From the IMG/VR virus record IMGVR_UViG_2734482549_000013: a DNA stretch of 45,259 nt; one strand, 5' to 3'. This stretch comes from a virus. Taxonomy: Duplodnaviria; Heunggongvirae; Uroviricota; Caudoviricetes. The translations under genes were made by a program, and so were the position numbers. Of the stretch, positions 18,761-28,006 are shown piece by piece; within the stretch, counting starts at the first letter, position 1; the number at the start of each line of letters is the position of its first letter. Below the pieces are notes generated by a model. It searched no databases, was not told the DNA's origin, and saw only the letters and a program-made list of their open reading frames with translations.

Positions 18761-19156
18761 GTGGGATTAAAGAAAATCGTTATGTTGACTTTTTGGGTCG
18801 GTTTTGTTGCGGGATGCACACCTTTACACCCTTCAGATTGCCACAAAACTACTGCTACAGGTAGTTGCAGTTCAGGACGCTGGGATGATCAGGATGAATG
18901 GGGGGCGCAAGCGCGGGGAATCAGAGCTGCAATTAATGCCAAACTTGATGAGCCGCATAACTGGAAAGGGAAAAAATGCAGGTTGCATATGGAATTCTCT
19001 CAGGATGGCACGGCGTTAAAAATATCTACCAGTAACGGTGATAAAGCCTATTGCGAAGCGATAAAGTCCGCAGCTCATAAAGCCAAATTTCCGGCCTTCA
19101 ACAATCCGGAAGTCTACAGAGATTTTCAGAAATCTGGCTTTGACATGCGAGGTTAG
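18761..19156 (+). CDS. Second, more divergent TolA-III-like lipoprotein, 131 aa, GTG start
   Basis: Lipobox VAGC; shared pattern K.C.L.M ... G..L ... C ... A..KA.FPA...PEVY..FQ with the upstream gene; GAGGAG Shine-Dalgarno. Confidence 0.65.
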   Translation: MGLKKIVMLTFWVGFVAGCTPLHPSDCHKTTATGSCSSGRWDDQDEWGAQARGIRAAINAKLDEPHNWKGKKCRLHMEFSQDGTALKISTSNGDKAYCEAIKSAAHKAKFPAFNNPEVYRDFQKSGFDMRG

Positions 19157-19407
19157 CTCTTCAATTACTATATCTCATTCATAGCAAACTGACAGATTTG
19201 ATGATGTTCTATATACGAAACCTGTGATGTCAAGTCTGAGCTAATACAAATAAACATAATATCAGAGAAATACATTTTATTAGCTCGCTACGGCGAGCTT
19301 TTTATATTGCATCGTCTCCAGCATATATATCAATTAAGGCTCTGATTGATGTGTCTGAAAGCCTACACATAATAACTATGCCATCCGTTCCGTGCGGAGG
19401 TGAGGCT

Positions 19408-19623
19408 ATGAAATCCATGGACAAAATTTCAACAGGCATTGCCTACGGCACCTCCGCAGGCAGTGCTGGCTACTGGTTTTTACAGTTGCTCGATAGAGTA
19501 ACTCCGTCACAGTGGGCTGCAATCGGTGTGCTGGGTAGTCTGGTATTTGGCCTGCTGACGTACCTGACAAACCTTTATTTCAAGATTAAAGAAGATAAGC
19601 GCAAGGCTGCGAGAGGTGAATAA
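19408..19623 (+). CDS. Class II holin / pinholin, phage-21 S-like, 71 aa with dual-start MKSM motif
   Basis: Sequence [26 protein letters not shown] ... [36 protein letters not shown] recalled as S21-like; two transmembrane segments; GGAGGTGAGG Shine-Dalgarno. Confidence 0.8.
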   Translation: MKSMDKISTGIAYGTSAGSAGYWFLQLLDRVTPSQWAAIGVLGSLVFGLLTYLTNLYFKIKEDKRKAARGE

Positions 19624-20123
19624 TGCCTCCATCATTACGAAAAGTCGTTGCTGCTGCTATTGGTGGCGGAGCAATTGCTATAGCATCAGTGTTAATCACT
19701 GGCCCAAGTGGTAACGATGGTCTGGAAGGTGTCAGCTACATACCATACAAAGATATTGTTGGTGTATGGACTGTATGTCACGGGCATACAGGAAAAGACA
19801 TCATGCTCGGTAAAACGTATACCAAAGCAGAATGCAAAACACTCTTGAATAAAGACCTTGCCACTGTCGCCAGACAAATTAACCCGTACATCAAAGTCGA
19901 TATACCGGAAACAACGCGCGGCGCTCTTTACTCATTCGTTTACAACGTGGGTGCTGGCAATTTCAGAACATCGACGCTTCTTCGCAAAATAAACCAGGGC
20001 GATATCAAAGGCGCATGTGATCAGCTACGTCGCTGGACATATGCTGGCGGTAAGCAATGGAAAGGTCTCATGACTCGTCGTNGTGAGATTGAGCGTGAAA
20101 TCTGTTTGTGGGGTCAGCAATGA
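19623..20123 (+). CDS. SAR endolysin (lysozyme with N-terminal signal-anchor-release domain), 166 aa; contains one ambiguous base (n at 20082)
   Basis: Gly/Ala-rich weakly hydrophobic N-terminus ([20 protein letters not shown]) followed by lysozyme-like domain; start overlaps holin stop (TAATG). Confidence 0.8.
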   Translation: MPPSLRKVVAAAIGGGAIAIASVLITGPSGNDGLEGVSYIPYKDIVGVWTVCHGHTGKDIMLGKTYTKAECKTLLNKDLATVARQINPYIKVDIPETTRGALYSFVYNVGAGNFRTSTLLRKINQGDIKGACDQLRRWTYAGGKQWKGLMTRRXEIEREICLWGQQ

Positions 20124-20584
20124 ACAGAGTAACCGCGATTATCTCCGCTCTGGTTATCTGCATCATCGTCTGCCTGTCATGGGCTGTTAATCATTACCGT
20201 GATAACGCCATTACCTACAAAGCCCAGCGCGACAAAAATGCCAGAGAACTGAAGCTGGCGAACGCGGCAATTACTGACATGCAGATGCGTCAGCGTGATG
20301 TTAATGCACTCGATGCTAAATACACGAAGGAGTTAGCTGATGCGAAAGCTGAAAATGATGCTCTGCGTGATGATGTTGCCGCTGGTCGTCGTCGGTTGCA
20401 CATCAAAGCAGTCTGTCAGTCAGTGCGTGAAGCCACCACCGCCTCCGGCGTGGATAATGCAGCCTCCCCCCGACTGGCAGACACCGCTGAACGGGATTAT
20501 TTCACCCTCCGGGAACGACTGGTAATGATGCAGGCCCAACTTGAAGGTGCTCAGCAATACATAACCGAGCAGTGTTTAAAGTAA
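20120..20584 (+). CDS. rzpR: Rz i-spanin, 154 aa from [10 protein letters not shown]
   Basis: N-terminal transmembrane segment, coiled-coil region; start overlaps endolysin stop (ATGA). Confidence 0.8.
   Translation: MNRVTAIISALVICIIVCLSWAVNHYRDNAITYKAQRDKNARELKLANAAITDMQMRQRDVNALDAKYTKELADAKAENDALRDDVAAGRRRLHIKAVCQSVREATTASGVDNAASPRLADTAERDYFTLRERLVMMQAQLEGAQQYITEQCLK
20340..20525 (+). CDS. rzoR: Rz1 o-spanin lipoprotein embedded in the +1 frame of Rz, 61 aa
   Basis: Lipobox VVGC, proline-rich ([19 protein letters not shown]); entirely inside Rz. Confidence 0.8.
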   Translation: MRKLKMMLCVMMLPLVVVGCTSKQSVSQCVKPPPPPAWIMQPPPDWQTPLNGIISPSGNDW

Positions 20585-20721
20585 AATCTTAACTACAATA
20601 TGATTCATTTTGATGATTGTTTCATAAGGAACAGTGAAGTAAGATCTAAGAGGAGTTAAATTTTATACAGTATAATCATAATATTGCAGCAAGGTGGTTA
20701 TAATTGAAAGAATATTTAGAT

Positions 20722-22179
20722 ATGAATACATCTCATGTAAGAGTTGTTACTCATATGTGTGGGTTCCTGGTTTGGCTCTATAGTCTTTCAATGTTGCCAC
20801 CAATGGTTGTAGCATTGTTTTATAAAGAAAAAAGCCTGTTCGTTTTCTTTATAACTTTCGTTATATTTTTTTGCATTGGTGGCGGAGCGTGGTATACAAC
20901 TAAGAAATCTGGCATTCAATTACGTACCCGTGATGGGTTTATTATAATTGTAATGTTTTGGATTTTGTTTTCTGTTATTAGTGCATTCCCTTTATGGATT
21001 GACTCAGAACTTAATTTAACGTTCATTGATGCTCTGTTTGAAGGGGTTTCTGGAATAACAACAACAGGAGCAACTGTAATTGATGATGTTAGTTCATTAC
21101 CTCGGGCATATTTGTACTATCGGTCACAGTTAAATTTTATAGGTGGTTTAGGAGTTATTGTTCTGGCGGTTGCAGTATTGCCATTATTGGGTATTGGTGG
21201 TGCAAAGCTTTATCAGTCAGAAATGCCGGGGCCATTTAAGGATGACAAACTCACTCCCCGCCTGGCCGATACGTCACGGACACTGTGGATAACTTATTCT
21301 TTATTAGGTATTGCTTGTATTGTCTGTTATAGACTTGCAGGAATGCCTTTGTTTGATGCTATTTGTCACGGGATTTCCACAGTTTCGCTTGGTGGTTTCT
21401 CAACTCATAGCGAGAGTATCGGATATTTTAATAACTATTTGGTTGAGCTGGTGGCTGGTTCTTTTTCCCTGCTATCGGCTTTCAACTTCACTCTTTGGTA
21501 TATTGTTATTAGCAGAAAAACGATAAAACCTTTAATCAGAGATATTGAACTTCGTTTCTTTCTGTTAATAGCCTTAGGGGTGATCATTGTTACCTCTTTC
21601 CAGGTCTGGCATATAGGTATGTATGACTTGCATGGAAGTTTTATTCATTCGTTTTTTCTTGCCAGCTCCATGCTCACTGATAATGGTTTAGCTACGCAGG
21701 ATTATGCAAACTGGCCCACGCACACGATAGTGTTTTTGCTGTTGTCAAGTTTCTTTGGGGGATGTATAGGTTCAACCTGTGGTGGAATTAAGTCACTTCG
21801 ATTTCTTATACTTTTCAAACAAAGCAAACACGAGATAAATCAGCTTTCTCATCCCAGAGCGTTGTTGAGTGTAAATGTAGGAGGGAAGATAGTTACAGAT
21901 CGTGTAATGAGGTCTGTATGGAGTTTCTTTTTTCTTTATACTCTCTTCACGGTGTTTTTTATACTGGTGTTAAATGGTATGGGATATGATTTTCTTACAT
22001 CATTTGCAACAGTGGCTGCATGTATTAATAATATGGGATTAGGTTTTGGGGCTACTGCATCGTCATTCGGAGTGCTTAATGACATTGCAAAATATTTAAT
22101 GTGCATAGCTATGATTCTTGGTCGCCTTGAAATTTATCCTGTTATTATATTGTTTTCAGGTTTTTTTTGGCGCTCCTAA
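20722..22179 (+). CDS. trkG: TrkG potassium uptake protein, 485 aa from MNTSHVRVVT; AT-rich cargo gene
   Basis: Multi-pass membrane protein; N-terminus recalled as TrkG; visibly AT-rich relative to phage structural genes. Confidence 0.9.
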   Translation: MNTSHVRVVTHMCGFLVWLYSLSMLPPMVVALFYKEKSLFVFFITFVIFFCIGGGAWYTTKKSGIQLRTRDGFIIIVMFWILFSVISAFPLWIDSELNLTFIDALFEGVSGITTTGATVIDDVSSLPRAYLYYRSQLNFIGGLGVIVLAVAVLPLLGIGGAKLYQSEMPGPFKDDKLTPRLADTSRTLWITYSLLGIACIVCYRLAGMPLFDAICHGISTVSLGGFSTHSESIGYFNNYLVELVAGSFSLLSAFNFTLWYIVISRKTIKPLIRDIELRFFLLIALGVIIVTSFQVWHIGMYDLHGSFIHSFFLASSMLTDNGLATQDYANWPTHTIVFLLLSSFFGGCIGSTCGGIKSLRFLILFKQSKHEINQLSHPRALLSVNVGGKIVTDRVMRSVWSFFFLYTLFTVFFILVLNGMGYDFLTSFATVAACINNMGLGFGATASSFGVLNDIAKYLMCIAMILGRLEIYPVIILFSGFFWRS

Positions 22180-22316
22180 TATATGGCTGATTTATAATTG
22201 TGAGTTTAATATTATGTTGACTCACTCATTGATCCAATACCTAACTTTACCAGCAACACCTCCGCCCCCAGTAGCACTGGCTGCTGGGGTGCGTTTTATT
22301 CATAAAGCAAGGCTGT

Positions 22317-23105
22317 ATGAGCGAGAAATTAAAGATAGTCTATCGCCCATTACAAGAATTGTCACCGTATGCGCACAACGCCAGGACGCACAGTACTGAG
22401 CAGGTGGCACAACTGGTAGAAAGTATTAAGCAATTCGGCTGGACTAATCCGGTGCTGATTGACGAAAAGGGCGAAATTATTGCGGGTCACGGTCGTGTTA
22501 TGGCGGCTGAAATGCTCAAAATGGATTCTGTTCCGGTCATTGTTCTGTCTGGCCTGACGGATGAGCAGAAAAAGGCGTACCGCCTGGCAGATAATCGCCT
22601 GCCGATGAATGCTGGCTGGGATGAAGATCTGTTGCGGATGGAGCTGTCGGACCTAATCAATGCTGATTTTGATGTCTCCCTGACAGGCTTCATCCCGGCA
22701 GAAATTGATGAACTGTTGACGGATGTTTTGCCCGGTACAGGAAATGAGGAGGAGCCGTATACGACGAAAATTGATACGCCTGTTTATGAGCCGTCAGGCG
22801 GTAAACCGGATATCAGTGAACTGTACGACGATACGAAAACTCAGGAGCTGATCAGCCGGATACGTTCGGCGTCCCTTGATCCTGATATTGAGAAATTCCT
22901 CCTGTGTGCAGCAGAACGTCACACGGTGTTTAATTTCAGCAGAATTGCGGACTATTACGCTCATGCCCCCGCTGAAATTCAGTGCCTTTTCGAGGAGTCG
23001 GCGCTGGTGATCATTGATTATCAGCAGGCTATTGAAAATGGATTTGTCCGAATGACGCAGCGCATGGTGGAGATCATGCATGGCGGGGAGGAGGAATATG
23101 CGTGA
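22317..23105 (+). CDS. ParB-like nuclease domain protein, 262 aa
   Basis: ParB/Srx-like motif IIAGHGRVMAA; located at the start of the packaging module. Confidence 0.65.
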   Translation: MSEKLKIVYRPLQELSPYAHNARTHSTEQVAQLVESIKQFGWTNPVLIDEKGEIIAGHGRVMAAEMLKMDSVPVIVLSGLTDEQKKAYRLADNRLPMNAGWDEDLLRMELSDLINADFDVSLTGFIPAEIDELLTDVLPGTGNEEEPYTTKIDTPVYEPSGGKPDISELYDDTKTQELISRIRSASLDPDIEKFLLCAAERHTVFNFSRIADYYAHAPAEIQCLFEESALVIIDYQQAIENGFVRMTQRMVEIMHGGEEEYA

Positions 23106-24030
23106 TGATTTTTGCGCCTTTATTCTGACTCACGGGCGACCGGACAAAGTTCTGACTTACCGGACGTTGCGTCGTGCTGGCTATACCGGGAAAATTTTTA
23201 TCGTTGTTGATGATGAAGATAAGACACGGCATCAGTACATGGCTGAATTTGGTGAACAGGTGCTGGTATTTTCCAAAGCCGATATTGCTAGTCGTTTTGA
23301 CGAAGCCGATAATTTTAGTGACCGCCGCTCAATTTTTTACGCCCGTAATGCCTGTTTCGACCAGGCAAAACTGGTCGGGTGTAAATACTTCATTCAGCTC
23401 GATGATGATTATCACGAGTTCCAGTTTCGGGTGGATCGCAACTATGACCAGGCCTATTTCCCGATAAGGAAACTGGATGAGATCCTTTCTGAAATGCTTG
23501 CGTACTACGAATCAATACCTGCTCTTTCCATCGCTATGTCGCAGGGCGGGGATTTTCTTGGTGACAATGGCGGCCATGCTTCGTGGGTGAAACGCAAGGC
23601 AATGAACAGCTTTATCTGTTCGGTTGATCGACCGTTCTCATTCATGGGGCGCATTAACGAGGATGTGAATACGTACACGAATCTCGGTCGCTGTGGTGAA
23701 TTGTTTATGACGATCGGTGCTGTCCAGTTAGGGCAGAAACAGACGCAGAAAAACAGCGGCGGAATGACCGAGCTGTATCTGGATTCCGGAACCTACGTTA
23801 AAAGTTTTTACTCCGTCATGTATGCGCCGTCGTGCGTAAAAATCTCACTTATGGGTGCCAGTCATAAACGCATTCACCATCAGGTCACCTGGAACAACGC
23901 TGCAGTAAAAATCCTTCACGAAAAATACAGGAAGAAGACACCCTGCATATCAATGGGGGTGACAAATGATTCCGTATTCGAAAGTCGAGTCTCTGGCAGC
24001 GTGCCGGATGACTGCACAACAAATCGCTGA
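23098..24030 (+). CDS. Hypothetical protein, 310 aa, possible GT-A-like nucleotide-sugar transferase fold (DDD motif in FIQLDDDYHEF)
   Basis: GGAGGAGGAA Shine-Dalgarno upstream of ATG at 23098; N-terminal beta-alpha pattern AFILTHGRPDKV ... IFIVVDDED; fold assignment is inference only. Confidence 0.5.
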   Translation: MRDDFCAFILTHGRPDKVLTYRTLRRAGYTGKIFIVVDDEDKTRHQYMAEFGEQVLVFSKADIASRFDEADNFSDRRSIFYARNACFDQAKLVGCKYFIQLDDDYHEFQFRVDRNYDQAYFPIRKLDEILSEMLAYYESIPALSIAMSQGGDFLGDNGGHASWVKRKAMNSFICSVDRPFSFMGRINEDVNTYTNLGRCGELFMTIGAVQLGQKQTQKNSGGMTELYLDSGTYVKSFYSVMYAPSCVKISLMGASHKRIHHQVTWNNAAVKILHEKYRKKTPCISMGVTNDSVFESRVSGSVPDDCTTNR

Positions 24031-24217
24031 CGTTCTGGATGTTGATCTGAACCGACTGAAAGAAAATCGGGAAGCAATGACAGATTTTTATGCGGCCATC
24101 CGTAAGGGCAGAGCGAAAGGTGAAGCCGAGTTACGAGCGGCATTGTTTAAGCTTGCCAGAAAAGGGGATGCCTTTGCTCTGCGCGAACTACTCAGGGTGG
24201 ATAAAAATCAGGACTAA
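24008..24217 (+). CDS. Possible small helical protein (start uncertain, overlaps upstream gene)
   Basis: Track ORF 23966..24217; ends 4 nt before the terminase small subunit candidate. Confidence 0.3.
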   Translation: MTAQQIADVLDVDLNRLKENREAMTDFYAAIRKGRAKGEAELRAALFKLARKGDAFALRELLRVDKNQD

Positions 24218-24220
24218 CTG

Positions 24221-25315
24221 ATGAGCAGACCGGACTGGGGGGCGTTGCAGCAGGAGTATATTGCTGAATACACCCGCTCCGGTATATCTCCGGTGGCATG
24301 GTGTGAAGCAAGGGGACTGAATTACGCAACAGCCCGTCGTTACATCAAAAAAACTCCGAAAAATGCGCAGACAGAAATGTGCAAAACTGCGCAAAAAAGT
24401 GCGCAGAAAAAATCTGCGCAGACTGCACAAAAGCGGAACGAAAAATCTCAGGAAAAAAAGCCAGTATTCGATGCGGGCCTGAATGAGGGCGACGCGGAGG
24501 AATTTTCGTTCTGTCCCGATGAATTCGGCATTTCTGACCAGCAGGCTAAGTTTGCGATGCTTGTTGCTCAGGGTAAAAAGCCGACAGAGGCGTACCGACT
24601 AGCCGGTTATGAGGGGCAAGGTGCGACAGCTAACAGCAACGCCAGTCGTATGCTTAGAAATGCCAGGGTTTTTCGCGCTATCAGCTACTTCCGCAATCAG
24701 TACCAGAAACGCTATACCGCAGACCTGGATTTACTAGTGAGTCAGTTGATGGCTATTGTCCTGGCCGACCCCAATCAGCTTGCACAATTTCGCCGTGTTA
24801 ACTGCCGTTATTGCTGGGGCGAGAATCATCTCTACCAGTGGCGCGATATAGCAGAATTCGACAAGGCAGCGGCGCAGGCTTCCAGAGATGGCAAACCCGA
24901 ACCGGAATATGGAGGCCTCGGCTTTGTTGATAACGCCATACCCAATCCGGACTGCCCGAAGTGCTGCGGTGAGGGAACGGGACAGCTTTATATGGCTGAT
25001 ACCACTCTGCTTGATGGGGATGCGCGGCAATTATATGCAGGGGCAAAATTCGGAAAATTCGGCGTTGAGATCCTGCTGGAGGATAAGGCTGCCGCCCGGC
25101 GTGAATTGTTGCGTTTGTTTTCTGCTGGCGGGGCTTTATGTGCAGATAAGCGGCTACGGGAACTGGAAATTGAACGGCGCAGAATGGAAAACCAGAAGCT
25201 GCGCAAAGAGATCGAAACGGTGGAAGATAATGAACATCCCCAGCCTGTGGCGATCAATATTAATGTGGTTGATGCCAGAGTAAGGAGTGATGAAGATGAT
25301 CTCTCCGACGCTTAA
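24221..25315 (+). CDS. Candidate terminase small subunit, 364 aa
   Basis: Position immediately upstream of and overlapping the terminase large subunit; N-terminal HTH-like region; acidic C-terminus. Confidence 0.55.
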   Translation: MSRPDWGALQQEYIAEYTRSGISPVAWCEARGLNYATARRYIKKTPKNAQTEMCKTAQKSAQKKSAQTAQKRNEKSQEKKPVFDAGLNEGDAEEFSFCPDEFGISDQQAKFAMLVAQGKKPTEAYRLAGYEGQGATANSNASRMLRNARVFRAISYFRNQYQKRYTADLDLLVSQLMAIVLADPNQLAQFRRVNCRYCWGENHLYQWRDIAEFDKAAAQASRDGKPEPEYGGLGFVDNAIPNPDCPKCCGEGTGQLYMADTTLLDGDARQLYAGAKFGKFGVEILLEDKAAARRELLRLFSAGGALCADKRLRELEIERRRMENQKLRKEIETVEDNEHPQPVAININVVDARVRSDEDDLSDA

Positions 25316-26597
25316 TGTGCCTCAGGCGCGATTTCTTTCAATGCCCCATAAATTTAAAGCCTATATTGCTGGTTTTGGCTCGGGCAAAACATGGGTTGGG
25401 TGTGGCGGCATATGCAAGGGGATTTGGGAGCATCCAGGTATAAATCAGGGATATTTTGCGCCAACGTATCCCCAAATTCGCGATATTTTTTACCCTACAG
25501 TGGAAGAAGTTGCTGCTGACTGGGGATTGAACGTAAAAATTAATGAGGGAAATAAAGAGGTTCACTTTTATTACGGACGCCAGTATCGGGGAACCACTAT
25601 CTGCAGATCGATGGAGAAGCCACAAACGATCGTCGGTTTCAAAATTGGTAATGCGTTGGTGGATGAACTGGACATTTTGCCGAAGGAAAAAGCCAGAACG
25701 GCGTGGCGCAAGATAATTGCACGTATGCGTTATAAGATTGATGGACTTCGCAACGGTATTGACGTTACAACCACGCCGGAAGGATTCAAATTTGTCTACG
25801 AGCAGTTTGTTAAAGCCGTGCGTGAAAAAACAGAGCTGGCCTCACTGTATGGTCTGGTGCAGGCATCTACTTTCGATAATGAAAAGAACCTGCCAGCAGA
25901 TTACATTCCTTCGCTTCTTGAATCATACCCTCCAGAGCTGATTAAAGCCTATCTTCGAGGACAGTTTACTAACCTGACAAGTGGTACTGTTTACCATCAG
26001 TTTGACCGGAAACTGAATAATTGCGAAGAAGTGGAGCAGCCAGGGGAGCCGATTTATATTGGGATGGATTTTAACGTTGGAAAGATGGCGGGAATCGTCC
26101 ATGTGCTGCGTTTGGGGCTTCCATGTGCGGTAACTGAAATCATCAATGCCTACGATACGCCGGATATGATCCGCATCATTAAAGAACGCTTCTGGCTGTA
26201 TGATGGGAATGATTACCGGAAAGTGAGGGAAATTTATATTTATCCAGATGCTTCCGGGGATTCCAGAAAATCAAGTAACGCAAGTACGACGGATATAGCC
26301 CAGCTTAAGCAGGCTGGTTTTAACGTTGTGGTGAACAGCTCGAACCCGCCAGTAAAAGATCGCGTTAACTCAATGAATGCAATGTTCTGCAATGCCAATG
26401 GTGAGCGTCGCTATAAAGTTAATGTGAAGCGTTGCCCGTTATATGCCGAATCTCTGGAGCAACAGGTCTGGGATGAGAAGGGGGAGCCTGATAAAAAATC
26501 TGGCAATGATCACCCGAATGATGCCGGAGGTTATTTCATCGTTAAGCAATTCCCTATTGTCAAACCGACCGGAAGAGTCACATCACTTCGGATTTAA
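25287..26597 (+). CDS. Terminase large subunit, 436 aa
   Basis: Walker A AGFGSGKTW and Walker B-like LVDELD; followed by portal gene. Confidence 0.8.
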   Translation: MMKMISPTLNVPQARFLSMPHKFKAYIAGFGSGKTWVGCGGICKGIWEHPGINQGYFAPTYPQIRDIFYPTVEEVAADWGLNVKINEGNKEVHFYYGRQYRGTTICRSMEKPQTIVGFKIGNALVDELDILPKEKARTAWRKIIARMRYKIDGLRNGIDVTTTPEGFKFVYEQFVKAVREKTELASLYGLVQASTFDNEKNLPADYIPSLLESYPPELIKAYLRGQFTNLTSGTVYHQFDRKLNNCEEVEQPGEPIYIGMDFNVGKMAGIVHVLRLGLPCAVTEIINAYDTPDMIRIIKERFWLYDGNDYRKVREIYIYPDASGDSRKSSNASTTDIAQLKQAGFNVVVNSSNPPVKDRVNSMNAMFCNANGERRYKVNVKRCPLYAESLEQQVWDEKGEPDKKSGNDHPNDAGGYFIVKQFPIVKPTGRVTSLRI

Positions 26598-26599
26598 TT

Positions 26600-28006
26600 A
26601 TGGCTGATATATCAACACCCAACCTCGACTATAACGATATGCTGGAGGCGTGGGATATTAACGACGCACTGATGGGCGGTACGCTTGAAATGCGCAGGCA
26701 GGGGGAAAATTATCTCCCAAAATGGCCTAACGAAGATGAAGACGCTTATAAAAAACGCCTGTCTGTGGCTACGCTACTTCCTGTGTATGAAGAAAGCATC
26801 AAGCAAAATATTGGGCGCATATTTGCAGAGCCGACAGTATTGAGTGAGGAAACGCCGGCAAAAATCAGGGAATATGCAGAAAATATCGACATGGAGGGGA
26901 GCCGACTGGATGTGTGGGCGCAGCAATTTTTCAGCCTCGCATTTCAGTATGGTGTGGCACATGCGCTGGTGGACTATCCACGAACGGATATGAAAGAGAT
27001 TCGGACAAAAGCCGATGAAAACGCGACCGGTGGTCGTCCGTACGTTACGATGCTGAATCCACGCCAGGTTATTGGATGGAAATCGAAAGTTGAAAAAGGG
27101 AAAGTTGTTCTCACTGATTTGCGTATAAAAGAGGTCATCATTATTGATGGTGATGATTTCGGGCAGAAGAAGGTGGAGCAGATCCGCCATATTATGCCCC
27201 GTCGAGTTGAAATTTATCGACGTAGCGAAGGCACTAATGGCGAATCTGTCTGGACGCTTCATGAGTCATGGAATACCAGCCGTGATGATATTCCTCTGGT
27301 AACACTGTACACGAAGAAAACAGGATTTATGCGTGGTACACCGCCATTGCTTAATCTTGGCTTGCTGAATATCAAGCACTGGCAAAGCCAGAGCGAGCAG
27401 GACAATATTCTTCATGTTGCCCGCGTTCCATTGCTGGTGGCCTACGGGCTGGACAGGAATGAAGAACTGACGGTTGGTGCATCCACCGCTACGATTTTTG
27501 AGGACAGAACAAAAAATGGCCTCGAATATGTTGAACATAGTGGCGCAGCGATAGAATCTGGCGAAACATCACTTGAGAAGCTGGAAAATCAGATGCGTCA
27601 TGCCGGCGCTAAACTTCTGCGTGCTGAAAATACATCCACCAAATCTGTTGATCAGACTAATGAAGAGCGAATGCAGGAAAACTCGCCGCTTTATACAATG
27701 GCGAACTCCCTCGAAGATGCCCTCGATAATATTCTCCAGATAATGGCGGAATGGATCGGAGAGAGTTGCGGTGGCAATGTGGATGTGCGCACTGAACTGG
27801 ATGTATCTGCCCAGGTGTTTGACTCATCCTCCGCGCTGGCTGTTCAGTCATTGCGTCAGGGCGGTGATATACGTCAGATTGATGCGGTTCGGGTGTTGCA
27901 GGCGTTGAAATTTATCGATCAGGATTCCCGTCCAGAGGAAGTGATCGATGAATTAAAAAATCAGAGTGTAATGCTGATGGAAATCAATGATGCAAACCGT
28001 GAATGA
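26600..28006 (+). CDS. Portal protein, 468 aa
   Basis: Size and position directly after the terminase large subunit. Confidence 0.7.
   Translation: MADISTPNLDYNDMLEAWDINDALMGGTLEMRRQGENYLPKWPNEDEDAYKKRLSVATLLPVYEESIKQNIGRIFAEPTVLSEETPAKIREYAENIDMEGSRLDVWAQQFFSLAFQYGVAHALVDYPRTDMKEIRTKADENATGGRPYVTMLNPRQVIGWKSKVEKGKVVLTDLRIKEVIIIDGDDFGQKKVEQIRHIMPRRVEIYRRSEGTNGESVWTLHESWNTSRDDIPLVTLYTKKTGFMRGTPPLLNLGLLNIKHWQSQSEQDNILHVARVPLLVAYGLDRNEELTVGASTATIFEDRTKNGLEYVEHSGAAIESGETSLEKLENQMRHAGAKLLRAENTSTKSVDQTNEERMQENSPLYTMANSLEDALDNILQIMAEWIGESCGGNVDVRTELDVSAQVFDSSSALAVQSLRQGGDIRQIDAVRVLQALKFIDQDSRPEEVIDELKNQSVMLMEINDANRE

Noticed and set aside
22118-22399. 93-aa plus-strand ORF overlapping the 3' end of trkG and the ParB-like start
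   Set aside because: Begins inside trkG in another frame and runs through a terminator-like hairpin (CCCCAG...CTGGGG near 22267-22290); more likely intergenic plus frame overlap
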